Positions 29,469-39,484 of a stretch of DNA of 64,000 bases are shown here, piece after piece. The notes under the pieces are model-generated. The model made no database searches. It was not told where the DNA came from and worked only from the letters and a program-made list of their open reading frames with translations. The stretch spans positions 144,297-208,296 of the forward strand of contig CAWGTN010000003.1 of NCBI GenBank assembly GCA_963825525.1, written 5' to 3'. The DNA is from an uncultured Chloroflexia bacterium (GTDB lineage Bacteria > Chloroflexota > Limnocylindria > QHBO01). The position numbers and the translations under genes are program-made. The first letter of the stretch is position 1, and every line of letters starts with the position of its first letter.

Positions 29469-30838
29469 GCCCGGGGCGGCACGTTCACGTTCCGATGGAA
29501 CAGGTTCGCCGGGTCGTAGCGCGCCTTGATCTCGCGCAGCCGATCCCACGTTGAGGCCGGATACGCCGCGCGGAGGCTCTTCTCCGATGCGTCCTCGATG
29601 AAATTGACGTACGCACCGGGAACGCCCTGGTCAATAGCCGCAGCCAACCCGACGGCCCATTCCTCGCGACGCGGGCGGTCGTCCGGGCCGTCGACGAAGC
29701 TCACGACGATCCCCATGATCGGCGCGCTGCGGTGGGCAAACGCGGTGGCGTCGGCCGGGACGCGGGCCATGGCACCCCCGAGCGCACGCAGCTGGACGGC
29801 CTTCATGGACGAGTCCGATGCCTCCAGGTACTCGAGCATGGTGGTCGCCGTGGCCACGTCGACATGGTCGAGGAACATCGTCCGCCCGACGACGATCGGG
29901 CGGAAATCCCCCTCCTCGGGCGGGAACATCTCCGGATAGGGGATCGGCCGCACCAGGTCGGCAATCGGCTCGGCCAGGGCTCGGAAGGGCGCGATGACGG
30001 CGTTCGCGTCATCGGCGTCTCCGGCGTAGCAGACCAGGGCCATGAGGACGATGCTGCCGTGATGCTCCTCGGGCACGAACGGCATCGGCGGACAGCCCAT
30101 GACGTTCGCGATCGTGCTCAGCTCCTCGGGCGCCGCGGCCGCGGCGGCCATGAAGCCGGCAACCACCTCGGGCGTCGCGGGCAGGACGAGGATGCCACCG
30201 ACCACCCCATCGAGGGGATGGAGCGCGAACGTGAAGCGGGTGACGACGCCGAAGTTGCCGCCGCCACCGCGAACCGCCCAGAACAGGTCAGGGTGCGAGT
30301 CGGCGTCGACGTCGAGTCGCTCACCGGCGGCCGTGACCATCTCCACCCCCAGCAGCGAGTCGATGGTCATGCCGTGCTTGCGCACGAGATAGCCGATCCC
30401 GCCGCCGAGGGTGATCCCGCCGACGCCCACCGACCCGGTGTCACCGAAGCCCACGGCCAGCCCGTGCTCGGCTGCCGCCGCCGTGATCTCGGCCGCCGTG
30501 AGTCCTGCCTCGGCTCGCGCGATGCGCGCCTCCGGGTCGATCTCGATGCCCTTCATCTCTCGGAGGTCGATCACGACGCCACCGTGGGTGGATCCGAATC
30601 CGAGGCCCGAGTGGCCGCCACAGCGGACCGCCACCTCGAGATCCGCTTCGCGCGCGAAGCCGATGACGGTCGCCACGTCGCCGGCGTCACGCGGACGGGC
30701 GATCACCGATGGCAGATCCTCGAAGCCTCCCGCCCCCACGAGGCGGAGCGCGTCATAGGTGGGATCGTCGGGTGTGATGACCGGCCCGCCGATGTGCTCG
30801 CGCAGCTCGGCGACCGATGTCGGGGGTGAAGAGATCAC
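29465..30838 (-). CDS. FAD-binding oxidoreductase (VAO/berberine-bridge family)
   Basis: RCGGHS, GVGGITLGGG, RGGGGNFGVVT, YVNF, KARYDPANLF. Confidence 0.92.
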   Translation of the reverse strand: MISSPPTSVAELREHIGGPVITPDDPTYDALRLVGAGGFEDLPSVIARPRDAGDVATVIGFAREADLEVAVRCGGHSGLGFGSTHGGVVIDLREMKGIEIDPEARIARAEAGLTAAEITAAAAEHGLAVGFGDTGSVGVGGITLGGGIGYLVRKHGMTIDSLLGVEMVTAAGERLDVDADSHPDLFWAVRGGGGNFGVVTRFTFALHPLDGVVGGILVLPATPEVVAGFMAAAAAAPEELSTIANVMGCPPMPFVPEEHHGSIVLMALVCYAGDADDANAVIAPFRALAEPIADLVRPIPYPEMFPPEEGDFRPIVVGRTMFLDHVDVATATTMLEYLEASDSSMKAVQLRALGGAMARVPADATAFAHRSAPIMGIVVSFVDGPDDRPRREEWAVGLAAAIDQGVPGAYVNFIEDASEKSLRAAYPASTWDRLREIKARYDPANLFHRNVNVPPRA

Positions 30839-30876
30839 GGTGGTCCTCTCATGTTCGGTCGGGTGAGTATCAGTCC

Positions 30877-30907
30877 ATAGGACGGTGCAGGCGGTCGAGA
30901 ATCATCG
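30877..30907 (-). promoter_or_regulatory. SigG/ECF56-type promoter CGATGA-N18-GTCCTAT
   Basis: CGATGA 30907-30902 and GTC 30883-30881; heads the gene run that contains the sigma factor. Confidence 0.65.
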
Positions 30908-32314
30908 GGACGGAACGGACAGACCCGCCTCCGGCAGCCCGGAAAGGCGGCCGATTCCGGCGTCGATCCGTCCCTCGTCGATCGACCCGTAGCCGAAGAC
31001 GATGCCCGCTTCGCTATCGGGTCCACGACAGGTGTTCGCCAGGCCGTAGAGGCCGATTCCGCCGGCCGCCGCTGCGGCCACCAGCGTCGCCTCATCGACC
31101 CCCGGAGGCAGCCAGGCCATCACGTGCAGGCCGGCCGAGGCACCGGTCGGCCGCCAGTCCGGGAGGTGGCGCGCCAGGGCGTCGAGCAGGGTGTCCCGGC
31201 GGCGCCGATAGATCGACCGCATGCGGCGCAGATGCCGATCGAGCTCGCCCCCCTCGACGAAGTCCGCCAGGGCCAGCTGATCCAGTGCGCTCGACCCCTG
31301 GTCGGCGGCGAGCTTCGCGGTCGTGAGGGCGTCCCGGAGCCGCGGCGGCACGGCCAGCCATCCGAGACGCAGCCCCGGGGCCAGGGTCTTGCTTGCCGTG
31401 CCGGCATAGATCACGCGATCGGCACAGAGGCCCTGCATGGCACCGATCGGGTCTCGGTCGTACCGGAATTCGGCGTCGTAGTCGTCCTCGATGACGACCG
31501 CATCGCGGCGATCGGCCCAGGCAACGAGCTGACCTCGCCGGTCGGCGGAAAGGACCGCGCCGGTCGGGTACTGGTGCGCCGGCGTGACGACCATGGCGTC
31601 CGCGTCCGATGCCTCCAGCAGGTCCACCCGTACGCCCTGGTCGTCGACGGGGATGGCGACGACCGGTAGACCGGCATCCTCGAGCATCTGCCGGTACTCC
31701 GGATGCCACGGATCCTCGACGCCGATGCGTCGCGCGCCGGACGCGCGAAGGACCTGGGCCACGAGATGCAGCCCCTGGGCGACGCCGCCGGTGACGATCA
31801 CGTTATTCGCGGCGATGCACGTCCCGCGCGAACGGTTCAGATAGCCGGCCAGGGCGTTCCGCAGCTCCGGCATGCCCCCGCCACCCAGGTACCCGAGTCG
31901 GTCCGCGGGCGCCGATGCCAGGACGCGGCGAAGCGACCGCAGCCACGCCGTGCGCGGGAACTCCCGGACGTCGGGTCGTCCGGGGCGGAAGTCGATCTCG
32001 AAGTCCGGTCGCACGCTGATCGGGGCGGACTCGACCGAGCCCGGGACCCGTCCGACGCGCGTGGCTCCACCGGGGCGGCTGACCAGGTAGCCCTCGGCGG
32101 TGAGCTGCTCGTACGCCGAGACGACCACACCGCGCGCCACCCCAAGCTGCGCCGCGAGGGCACGGGTCGATGGGAGGGACGCGTCCGCGTTCAGTCGTCC
32201 TCCGCGAACCGCGTCCCGCAGCGCCTGCTCGAGCTGCCGATACAGAGGGAGCTCGTTGTCGCGGTGGAGCGGAAGGTAGAGCTCCAACTCTGAACTGGTC
32301 CGGAATCGTCGCAT
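30902..32314 (-). CDS. MocR/GabR-family regulator (GntR wHTH + PLP aminotransferase domain)
   Basis: LPSTRALAAQLGVAR, TPAHQYPTG, IEDDYDAEFRY, SKTLAPGLRLGW. Confidence 0.93.
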   Translation of the reverse strand: MRRFRTSSELELYLPLHRDNELPLYRQLEQALRDAVRGGRLNADASLPSTRALAAQLGVARGVVVSAYEQLTAEGYLVSRPGGATRVGRVPGSVESAPISVRPDFEIDFRPGRPDVREFPRTAWLRSLRRVLASAPADRLGYLGGGGMPELRNALAGYLNRSRGTCIAANNVIVTGGVAQGLHLVAQVLRASGARRIGVEDPWHPEYRQMLEDAGLPVVAIPVDDQGVRVDLLEASDADAMVVTPAHQYPTGAVLSADRRGQLVAWADRRDAVVIEDDYDAEFRYDRDPIGAMQGLCADRVIYAGTASKTLAPGLRLGWLAVPPRLRDALTTAKLAADQGSSALDQLALADFVEGGELDRHLRRMRSIYRRRRDTLLDALARHLPDWRPTGASAGLHVMAWLPPGVDEATLVAAAAAGGIGLYGLANTCRGPDSEAGIVFGYGSIDEGRIDAGIGRLSGLPEAGLSVPSR

Positions 32315-32341
32315 CGGACTGGACCTTAGCAAAGGACCGGT
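32294..32341. promoter_or_regulatory. Candidate MocR operator: two direct repeats plus one inverted repeat
   Basis: ACTGGTCC 32294, ACTGGACC 32318, GGACCGGT 32334 between divergent MocR and EamA genes. Confidence 0.6.
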
Positions 32342-32360
32342 CGGATGTCATCATCGAGGT

Positions 32361-33287
32361 ATGCAGGATCGCGCGAACCAACTCAACTGGCTGATCTTCA
32401 TCGCCCTGGGCGTGATGTGGGGCAGCAGCTACCTCTTCATCAAGATCGGGGTCGAGACGCTGACCCCGTTCACCCTGGTGGCACTGCGCCTCGCCATCGG
32501 CGCCGCCCTCCTGATCGCGGTGGTCTCCATCGCTCGCGAGCCGATGCCGCGCCGGATCGGCACCTACGGGCACCTCGTCGTGATGTCGATCTTCAACATC
32601 GTGCTGCCGTTCAGCCTCATCACCTGGGCCGAGCTGAGCGTGGCGTCCTCGCTGGCCGCCATCCTGACCGCTGCCGTCCCGCTGTTCGTCATCGTCATCG
32701 CGGCCATCGCGCTCAGGGATGAGCCGATCACCATCGGCCGCGCCGCCGGACTCGTCGTCGGCTTCATAGGGGTCGTGATCCTCACCGGCGGGGGACCGGT
32801 CGGGTCATCCAGCTTCCTCGCGGAGCTGGCGCTCGTTGGCGCGGCGATCTCCTACGCCATTGGCGCGGTCTACGCTCGGCGCAACATCCGCGGGCTGCGG
32901 CCCATGGTGCCCGCTGTCCTCCAGGTTGGATTCGCCTTCGTCATCAGCGCCAGCCTGGCCCTCGTCTTCGAGCGGCCATTCGAGCTGTCGTACCCGCCCC
33001 AGGCCTGGTTTGCCCTGGCCTGGATCGGGCTGCTGGGGTCGGGGCTGGCCTATCTCGCGTTCTTCCGCCTGCTGGCGACCTGGGGTGCGACCCGTACCTC
33101 GATGGTCGCCTACGTCCTGCCGATCGTGGGCATCGTGCTGGGTGTCGTGTTCGCCTCCGAGGCCGTCGATCTGCGGATGATCGGTGGCACGGTGCTCGTC
33201 ATCGGCGGCATTGCGCTGGTCAACGCCCGATTCGGACGATTCCCACTCGGTCGTCGCGCGGATCCCAAGGTCAAGACGGCCGCATGA
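32361..33287 (+). CDS. EamA/DMT family transporter
   Basis: WGSSYLFIKIG motif, about 10 TM, two EamA halves. Confidence 0.9.
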   Translation: MQDRANQLNWLIFIALGVMWGSSYLFIKIGVETLTPFTLVALRLAIGAALLIAVVSIAREPMPRRIGTYGHLVVMSIFNIVLPFSLITWAELSVASSLAAILTAAVPLFVIVIAAIALRDEPITIGRAAGLVVGFIGVVILTGGGPVGSSSFLAELALVGAAISYAIGAVYARRNIRGLRPMVPAVLQVGFAFVISASLALVFERPFELSYPPQAWFALAWIGLLGSGLAYLAFFRLLATWGATRTSMVAYVLPIVGIVLGVVFASEAVDLRMIGGTVLVIGGIALVNARFGRFPLGRRADPKVKTAA

Positions 33288-33721
33288 GCTGGGCGAAGTT
33301 CGAGGACGAGGCGGCAGAGGCCGCCGCTCGGGGCCGCCAGCTCATCCACCGAAACGAGATCGGGCAGGGCCTGCTGGTGACGATCCGGGGCAGTGGAACG
33401 CCTCGGATTCATCCGGTGTATGCGGCCGTGCGTGACGGGCGACTTCTCACCTTCGCCGATGGCGTGAAGGCCGTCGACCTGGAGCAGGATGGACGCTACG
33501 CGTTCCATACGCACGTGCACCCGGACGAGCCAAGCGAGTTCATGGTGCGCGGCCACGCGCGTCGCATCGAAGGCGATCTCCGTCAGCGGGTGGCGTCGAC
33601 CTGGGACTTCGACCCGGGTGACACGTATCGCCTGTTCGAGCTGCTGGTCGAATCGGCGCTCCTTGGTGAGCGCGCCGATGCCGACGCGTGGCCTCCCATC
33701 TACACCGCCTGGAAGGCTTAG
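33284..33721 (+). CDS. Pyridoxamine 5'-phosphate oxidase-like split-barrel protein (possibly F420-binding)
   Basis: LVTIR..GTPRIHPV, KAVDL..DGRYAFH, EFMVRG. Confidence 0.75.
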   Translation: MSWAKFEDEAAEAAARGRQLIHRNEIGQGLLVTIRGSGTPRIHPVYAAVRDGRLLTFADGVKAVDLEQDGRYAFHTHVHPDEPSEFMVRGHARRIEGDLRQRVASTWDFDPGDTYRLFELLVESALLGERADADAWPPIYTAWKA

Positions 33722-33740
33722 GCCCTCTACGCCAATTCGC

Positions 33741-33771
33741 CGATGAGTTTCGGCGCGCGACCCGGTCAGAT
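33741..33771 (+). promoter_or_regulatory. SigG/ECF56-type promoter CGATGA-N18-GTCAGAT
   Basis: CGATGA 33741-33746 and GTC 33765-33767, upstream of a DHA2 MFS gene. Confidence 0.65.
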
Positions 33772-33798
33772 GGACATCAACCCAGAGAGACGTTACCC

Positions 33799-35412
33799 AT
33801 GACTTCGACTGCCCCCCAAAAAGCAACTCGGCGCGAGTGGATCGGCCTCGCCGTGCTGGCCCTCGCCACATTGATGTACGTGATGGACCTCACCGTCCTT
33901 CATCTTGCCGTTCCCGCGTTGAGCGCCGACCTCGAGCCGAGCAGCGCGCAGCTGCTGTGGATCATCGACATCTACGGATTCATGGTTGCCGGCGCGCTGA
34001 TCACGATGGGCACTCTTGGCGACCGGATCGGCCGGCGACGGCTACTCCTCATCGGCGCGGCGGTCTTCGGCGTCTTCTCGGTGCTGGCCGCCTTCTCCGT
34101 GAGCGCCGAGATGCTCATTGCCAGCCGCGCACTGCTTGGCCTGGCGGGCGCCACGCTCGCGCCGTCCACGCTGTCGCTCATCTTCCACATGTTCAACGAT
34201 CCGAAGGAGCGCTCGATCGCGATCGGCGTCTGGATCGGCGGCTTCAGCGCGGGCAGTGCGATCGGCCCCGTGCTCGGCGGCGTCATGCTCGAGTTCTTCT
34301 GGTGGGGATCGGTCTTCCTGTTGGCGCTGCCGGTGATGGCGCTGCTGCTCGTCCTCGGCCCGCGCGTCCTGCCCGAATATCGAGATCCCGACGCCGGCCG
34401 GCTCGATGTCACGAGCGCCGCGATGTCGGTGGCGGCCCTGCTGGCGTTGATCTTCGGCCTGAAGCAGATTGCGCAGGACGGGTTCGGCATGGCGCCGCTG
34501 CTCGCCATCGGAATCGGCATTGCGGTCGGCGTGCTGTGGGTTCGCCGCCAGCAGCGCCTGCCCGATCCGATGATCGACGTTGCCCTGTTCCGGATCCGTG
34601 CCTTCAACGGCGCGCTGGCCGTGAACTTCCTGGCGATCTTCGTGATGGTCGGCTACTTCCTGTTCGTGGCGCAGTACCTCCAGCTCGTGGTCGGGCTGTC
34701 GCCACTCGAGGCGGGGCTGTGGTCGCTGCCGTCGGCCATCGGTTTCATCGTCGGCTCGCAGCTCGCACCGCGGGTCGTGCAGCGCGTGCGCCCGGCGTAT
34801 CTCATCGGCGGCGGCCTGGCGGTGGCGGCCATCGGGCTCTTCATGCTCAGTCGCGTTGGATCGATCGACGGGCTGGGATTGCTCGTCGCCAGCTCGGTTG
34901 TCATCTCGATCGGCATGGCGCCGGTGTTCGGGCTGACCACTGAGCTGATCGTCGGATCGGCACCTCCGGAGCGGGCTGGCGCGGCGTCAGGCATCAGCGA
35001 GACCGGTGCCGAGCTGGGCGGTGCACTCGGCATCGCGATCCTCGGAAGCATCGGCGTTGCGATCTATCGCGGCGAGCTGTCCGAACGCCTGCCGTCGGCC
35101 GTGCCGGACGCGGCTGCCGACGTCGCCCGTGACACGCTGGGCGGGGCGGTGGCGGTAGCCGGTCAGCTGCCCGACGCGCTGGGCGCAACGGTCCTGGGAG
35201 CGGCTCGCGATGCGTTCGTTCACGGCATGCAGCTCACGAGCGTCATGGCCTCCGTGGTGGCCGTGGGTCTGGCCGTGACGGCCGTCGTGGTCTTCCGGAC
35301 CCCCGGTTCACCGCCGGCCGAGTCCGCCACCGGACCCGATGAGCGCCACGAGCCGCAGCATCCGGCGCCGATGCCGGTCCCCGCCGCTCGCCTCGAGGGC
35401 GCCGAGGGCTAG
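33799..35412 (+). CDS. DHA2 (14-TM) MFS efflux pump, QacA/SmvA-like
   Basis: MDLTVLHLAVP, LLWIIDIY, LGDRIGRRRLLL, WWGSVFL, ELGGALGIA. Confidence 0.92.
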   Translation: MTSTAPQKATRREWIGLAVLALATLMYVMDLTVLHLAVPALSADLEPSSAQLLWIIDIYGFMVAGALITMGTLGDRIGRRRLLLIGAAVFGVFSVLAAFSVSAEMLIASRALLGLAGATLAPSTLSLIFHMFNDPKERSIAIGVWIGGFSAGSAIGPVLGGVMLEFFWWGSVFLLALPVMALLLVLGPRVLPEYRDPDAGRLDVTSAAMSVAALLALIFGLKQIAQDGFGMAPLLAIGIGIAVGVLWVRRQQRLPDPMIDVALFRIRAFNGALAVNFLAIFVMVGYFLFVAQYLQLVVGLSPLEAGLWSLPSAIGFIVGSQLAPRVVQRVRPAYLIGGGLAVAAIGLFMLSRVGSIDGLGLLVASSVVISIGMAPVFGLTTELIVGSAPPERAGAASGISETGAELGGALGIAILGSIGVAIYRGELSERLPSAVPDAAADVARDTLGGAVAVAGQLPDALGATVLGAARDAFVHGMQLTSVMASVVAVGLAVTAVVVFRTPGSPPAESATGPDERHEPQHPAPMPVPAARLEGAEG

Positions 35413-35446
35413 CCGCCCCCATCGACGCGGGTGCGATCATGAGCGC

Positions 35447-36832
35447 ATGAGTCCACGCTGGCTGCTGGCACTCGCCTGGCTCGCCGGGTTCACGCTCATC
35501 GACTCGAGCATCGTGAGCCTGGCGCTTCCCGACATCGCTCGCGACTTCGACCAGAGCATCGGCCAGCTGGCGTGGGTCTCCACTGGATTCCTGTTGGCCC
35601 TGGCCGCCACGCTGCTCGCCGCAGGACGTTTGAGCGATCGATATGGGCAGCGCCTTGTGCTGGCCATCGGCGCGCTGGGATTCCTGGTCTTCACCCTGGC
35701 ATGCGGCCTGGCGCCGAGCTACGAGCTCCTCGTGGGCGCCCGGGTCGCACAGGGGGTGTTCGGCGGGATCCTGTACACCGTCTCGCTGGCAATCACCGTC
35801 ACCGCGTTCCCACCGGAGCGTCGTTCGACGGCCATTGGCATCTACTTCACCTCCGGCGCACTCGGGGCGGTCATCGGGCCGGTGGTCGGCGGCTTCCTCA
35901 CCGATCTCGGGGGATGGCGTCTCGTGTTCCTGGCCCAGCTGCCGCTGCCGCTGGTCGTGGCGATCGGAGCGGTGGTCCTGCTTCCGCGCGCGACCGGGCG
36001 GTCAGGGTCCTTCGACGTGGCCGGCATCACGGCCGCGTCCCTCGCCATCGTGGCGATCACGTTCGGCATGCTCGAGCTCTCCGAGCCGGGAGGGATCGGG
36101 CTGGCCATCGGTGCGGGTGTCGTGGCCATCCTGGCGCTGGGTGCCTTCGTCGCGGTCGAGCGCCGCGTGCCCGACCCCGCGGTCCGGCTCGACATCTTCG
36201 GCAACTCGCGATTCGTGGTGGCAACCCTGGCCGGCGCGGGAGCCTGGTTCGCGATCATGTCGTCGACGATCTACACCGCCCTCTACCTCCAACTCGGCCG
36301 CGGCTTCGGTGCGGCTGATTCCGGGTTGGTGCTCCTGGCATCACCGCTCGTCGCCCTGGTCGGCTTTCCGTTCGGCGGCCGCATGGTGCGATCCGTCGGT
36401 GTGGATCGGTCGCTCATGGCGGGCGTGTCACTGATGCTCATCGGCTCGTCGCTCATGCTCACCTGGGGAGCCGATACGCCGGTGTGGTGGATCGTGACAA
36501 CCGGGCTCGTCACCGGCGCCGGTATCGCGCTCTCGCTGGTCGCCAGCGCCACCGATGCGCTCGCGCAGTTTCGACCGGAGGATGCCGGGACCGGATCGGC
36601 TCTGTTCAACAGCCTCCGTCAGCTCGGTGCGGCAATGGGCGTTGCCGTCCCGGCCGTGGCGTTCGAGCTGCTTGCCATGGGCAGTCGAACGCCTGACTCC
36701 TCGCTGGCCGGGAGCAGCGCCGCATTCGTGATCCGCACCGCCGTGCTTGTCGTCCCGCTCGTGCTCGTGCTCGTCGATCGACGCGAGGCGCTGCGGTCGG
36801 GTGGCGCCCCCTCGCTCAACGAGGCGGGCTGA
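35447..36832 (+). CDS. DHA2-type MFS transporter
   Basis: DSSIVSLALPDI, GRLSDRYG, GWRLVF, RQLGAAMG. Confidence 0.88.
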   Translation: MSPRWLLALAWLAGFTLIDSSIVSLALPDIARDFDQSIGQLAWVSTGFLLALAATLLAAGRLSDRYGQRLVLAIGALGFLVFTLACGLAPSYELLVGARVAQGVFGGILYTVSLAITVTAFPPERRSTAIGIYFTSGALGAVIGPVVGGFLTDLGGWRLVFLAQLPLPLVVAIGAVVLLPRATGRSGSFDVAGITAASLAIVAITFGMLELSEPGGIGLAIGAGVVAILALGAFVAVERRVPDPAVRLDIFGNSRFVVATLAGAGAWFAIMSSTIYTALYLQLGRGFGAADSGLVLLASPLVALVGFPFGGRMVRSVGVDRSLMAGVSLMLIGSSLMLTWGADTPVWWIVTTGLVTGAGIALSLVASATDALAQFRPEDAGTGSALFNSLRQLGAAMGVAVPAVAFELLAMGSRTPDSSLAGSSAAFVIRTAVLVVPLVLVLVDRREALRSGGAPSLNEAG

Positions 36833-36877
36833 CGCGCGGAACCCCGACCGCAGCAGGCGCGACCGAGCCCAGCCAGG

Positions 36878-38080
36878 TCAGGCCCGGTGCGCCGCGTGGA
36901 GTCGCACCGTGCCGGCAATGCCCTTCAGCTCGACCGGACCGATCTCGGTGAATCCGAGGCCGCTCCCATCGGCTGCCTCGACCACCTCCTGGCTGACAAG
37001 CACTTCCCCGGGACGCGCGTAGTCGCTGACGCGGGAGGCGACATTCACCGTGCGACCGAAGTAGTCGCCTTCCTGGAAGAGGACCGGTCCCGCGTGCAGG
37101 CCCACGTGTGCAGGAGGCAGGCCCGCGGCCCGCGCGCCGTCGACCATGTCGAGCGCGGCCAGCACGCCGGGGCCGGGATTGCGGAAGTAGAACATGACTC
37201 CGTCGCCCATCCACTTGATGGGCTTGCCGTCGTGCTGGGCAGAGGCCCGTCGCACAAGCGTGCGGAGCCGGTCGGCGAGGTCGGCTGCCGCCTCGTCGCC
37301 GTGCTCTTCAGTGAGGCGCGTATAGCCGGTCAGGTCCAGGAAACAGATGGCGGGCGGCTGAGCGAGCCGGCTGAACACACCGGCCTGGCTGAGCGCCTGC
37401 TCGACCCCGTAGATGATGCTCTCGTTCCACGTATGTTCCTGGTGCCCGTGGTAGAGGCCCAGCAGCACGTCATCGAGAAGGGGAGCGAGCTTGGCGGCAA
37501 CCTGGTTGTCCGCCATTTCCATCATCTCGCTGGGGGAGAACCCCTGCTCGAGCAGGGGAAGCTCGACTTCCGTACGCCACCAATCCGTCTCGGTCTCGGC
37601 GATGCGCCGGATCGATTCGCCGTAGAGGCGGAGCCAGCGGTCGATGACGGCCGGGCGGAAGCCGTGCGCCACCTGGGCTTCGACGAGGGGGATGATTCTC
37701 AACTCATTGTCGCGAATGAGATCGTTCGGCGACGGTTCCGCGAACCCGGTGGCCTCGCGCATGACAAGGAGGAGATGCACGGGGATGCCGGTCCGCTCGC
37801 TGACCTGCGCGAACGTGGTGTCCGTGTACGTGCTGAACCGGTCGTAGCCGCTCGCGTCCATGAAGTCGAGCGACAGGACGCCGTCACGAACGGCCTGCGC
37901 GATGCCCTCAAGGGGAAGGCCCGCCTTTTCGAGTGTCTGGACGAGCGTGCTGCGTCGGATGTCTCCGAGCGTCAGGCTGCCGTCCGGCTGAGGCTCGAAG
38001 ACGCGCAGCGCCAACAGCCGGTCGAGGTAGTCGACCGGAACGCCGGCGCGCTGTGCAGCCTCGGCCTTCGAGTATCCCAC
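36878..38080 (-). CDS. Class III adenylate cyclase with N-terminal HTH-like regulatory region
   Basis: FLDLTGYT, KWMGDGVM, GDYFGRTVNVASR. Confidence 0.88.
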   Translation of the reverse strand: MGYSKAEAAQRAGVPVDYLDRLLALRVFEPQPDGSLTLGDIRRSTLVQTLEKAGLPLEGIAQAVRDGVLSLDFMDASGYDRFSTYTDTTFAQVSERTGIPVHLLLVMREATGFAEPSPNDLIRDNELRIIPLVEAQVAHGFRPAVIDRWLRLYGESIRRIAETETDWWRTEVELPLLEQGFSPSEMMEMADNQVAAKLAPLLDDVLLGLYHGHQEHTWNESIIYGVEQALSQAGVFSRLAQPPAICFLDLTGYTRLTEEHGDEAAADLADRLRTLVRRASAQHDGKPIKWMGDGVMFYFRNPGPGVLAALDMVDGARAAGLPPAHVGLHAGPVLFQEGDYFGRTVNVASRVSDYARPGEVLVSQEVVEAADGSGLGFTEIGPVELKGIAGTVRLHAAHRA

Positions 38081-38116
38081 CGCCCTAGGGTACCGGGTCG
38101 CCGACCGGTCGACCGG

Positions 38117-38437
38117 TCAGCTCCCAGGGGGGCTGTAGGCAGGTGAGAGTCGGGACGCGGCGTCGAGGTCCTCGGCACTCAGCGTCACGATGGTGCGCAG
38201 CGTGATCGACCCGCTGGATCCGATCTTCAGGCTGGCTGCCGCGGCTGCCGCGTGATCCGGGAAGTTCGCGAGCACGTAGAAGTCGTCGGACCCGAAGGCC
38301 CAGAAGATGTCCTCGAGCGTCCCGCCTGTTGATGCAACGACCTCGGTCGCCGCCTGACGGCGCTTGGTGCCGCCATCCTTGAGTACGCCCTTGGCGCCGT
38401 CGGCCGTGTAGCCGCCGATGAACAGATACCTGGGCAT
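38117..38437 (-). CDS. GYD domain protein
   Basis: MPRYL..YT..G, GG.LE...AFG..DFY pattern; SD GGAGG. Confidence 0.85.
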   Translation of the reverse strand: MPRYLFIGGYTADGAKGVLKDGGTKRRQAATEVVASTGGTLEDIFWAFGSDDFYVLANFPDHAAAAAASLKIGSSGSITLRTIVTLSAEDLDAASRLSPAYSPPGS

Positions 38438-38558
38438 GGGTGCGGTCCTCCATGATTATCGAAGGAGATCACGGTACACCCGCCCACCACGACTACTCCG
38501 CGGACATGGCTCGGAACTTGCGATCTTGCCGTGCCAATCACCCGCACTCGAGAGATTC

Positions 38559-39005
38559 GTGACCGACACCGCCGCATCCTCACGCAGCGACCTGGCTGCC
38601 GTCGCCGAGATCCTGGCCCAGCTCGACATTTGCATGCTCACGACTCGCGCCGCCGATGGCGCTCTCCACGGGCGCCCCATGTCGAACAACGGTGAAGTGG
38701 AGTACGACGGCGACAGCTGGTTCTTCGCTGGCGATGGGAGCAGAAAGGTCGTCGAGATCGACGCCGAGCCGCGGGTCGAGCTCGCCTTCATCGACACGCC
38801 GAATGGGACCTGGATCAACGTCGAAGGAGAGGCCTCCGTCGTGCGTGACGCGCCGGAGCGCAAGCGTGCGCTCTGGCAGAAGGACCTCGAGCGCTGGTTC
38901 GAGAATGGTCCCGACGACCCGAGCGTGGTACTCATCCGGGTCGAGGCTCGCCACATCGACGCCTGGGCCCGCGGCGAAGATCGCTCCTTCGACATCCCCG
39001 CCTGA
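38559..39005 (+). CDS. General stress protein 26 / PNPOx-like FMN-binding protein
   Basis: CMLTT..G.LHGRPM, WFF..SRKV.EI, WFENGPDDP. Confidence 0.85.
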   Translation: MTDTAASSRSDLAAVAEILAQLDICMLTTRAADGALHGRPMSNNGEVEYDGDSWFFAGDGSRKVVEIDAEPRVELAFIDTPNGTWINVEGEASVVRDAPERKRALWQKDLERWFENGPDDPSVVLIRVEARHIDAWARGEDRSFDIPA

Positions 39006-39058
39006 CCGGGGCGAGGTCTGGTCAAGAAGCCGCCAGCGGGCTCATCCCGAGCGAACGG

Positions 39059-39421
39059 TCAGTAGGTGACGACCTGGTCCGCCTGGGTGATGAGCTCGAC
39101 AAGGCGCTCCGGCGGGACGAGCTCGACGGGCTTGTCGCCGAGCGCCGCCGCATCGAGCCCCCGTGCCTTGCTGGACATTCCGGATGCGAAGACGGGAACG
39201 CCGGCCGCGGCGATGGCCGTGTAGTGCTCGCGGATGCTGCCGGTGCCGATTCCGACTGCGGCGTCCATGGTGGCGTCGCGCAGATAGCCGACCGCGTCGC
39301 CCGCCAGGAACATCGTGACGTCGTGGCCGGCTGCCGCCGCCGATTTCGCAACGAGGAACGCGAGCGCACCGCGGGTGGGACTCTCGGGGCCGCTCACGAG
39401 ATGGACGAGAAGCTTGCTCAA
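39059..39421 (-). CDS. DsrE-family protein
   Basis: GPESPTR, GHDVTMFLAGDAV; TTG start after GGAGG. Confidence 0.8.
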   Translation of the reverse strand: MSKLLVHLVSGPESPTRGALAFLVAKSAAAAGHDVTMFLAGDAVGYLRDATMDAAVGIGTGSIREHYTAIAAAGVPVFASGMSSKARGLDAAALGDKPVELVPPERLVELITQADQVVTY

Positions 39422-39484
39422 AGTGACCTCCGTCTATTGCCTGTGGATCGGCACGGTAGCAGGGACACGCACGATACTTGGTGA

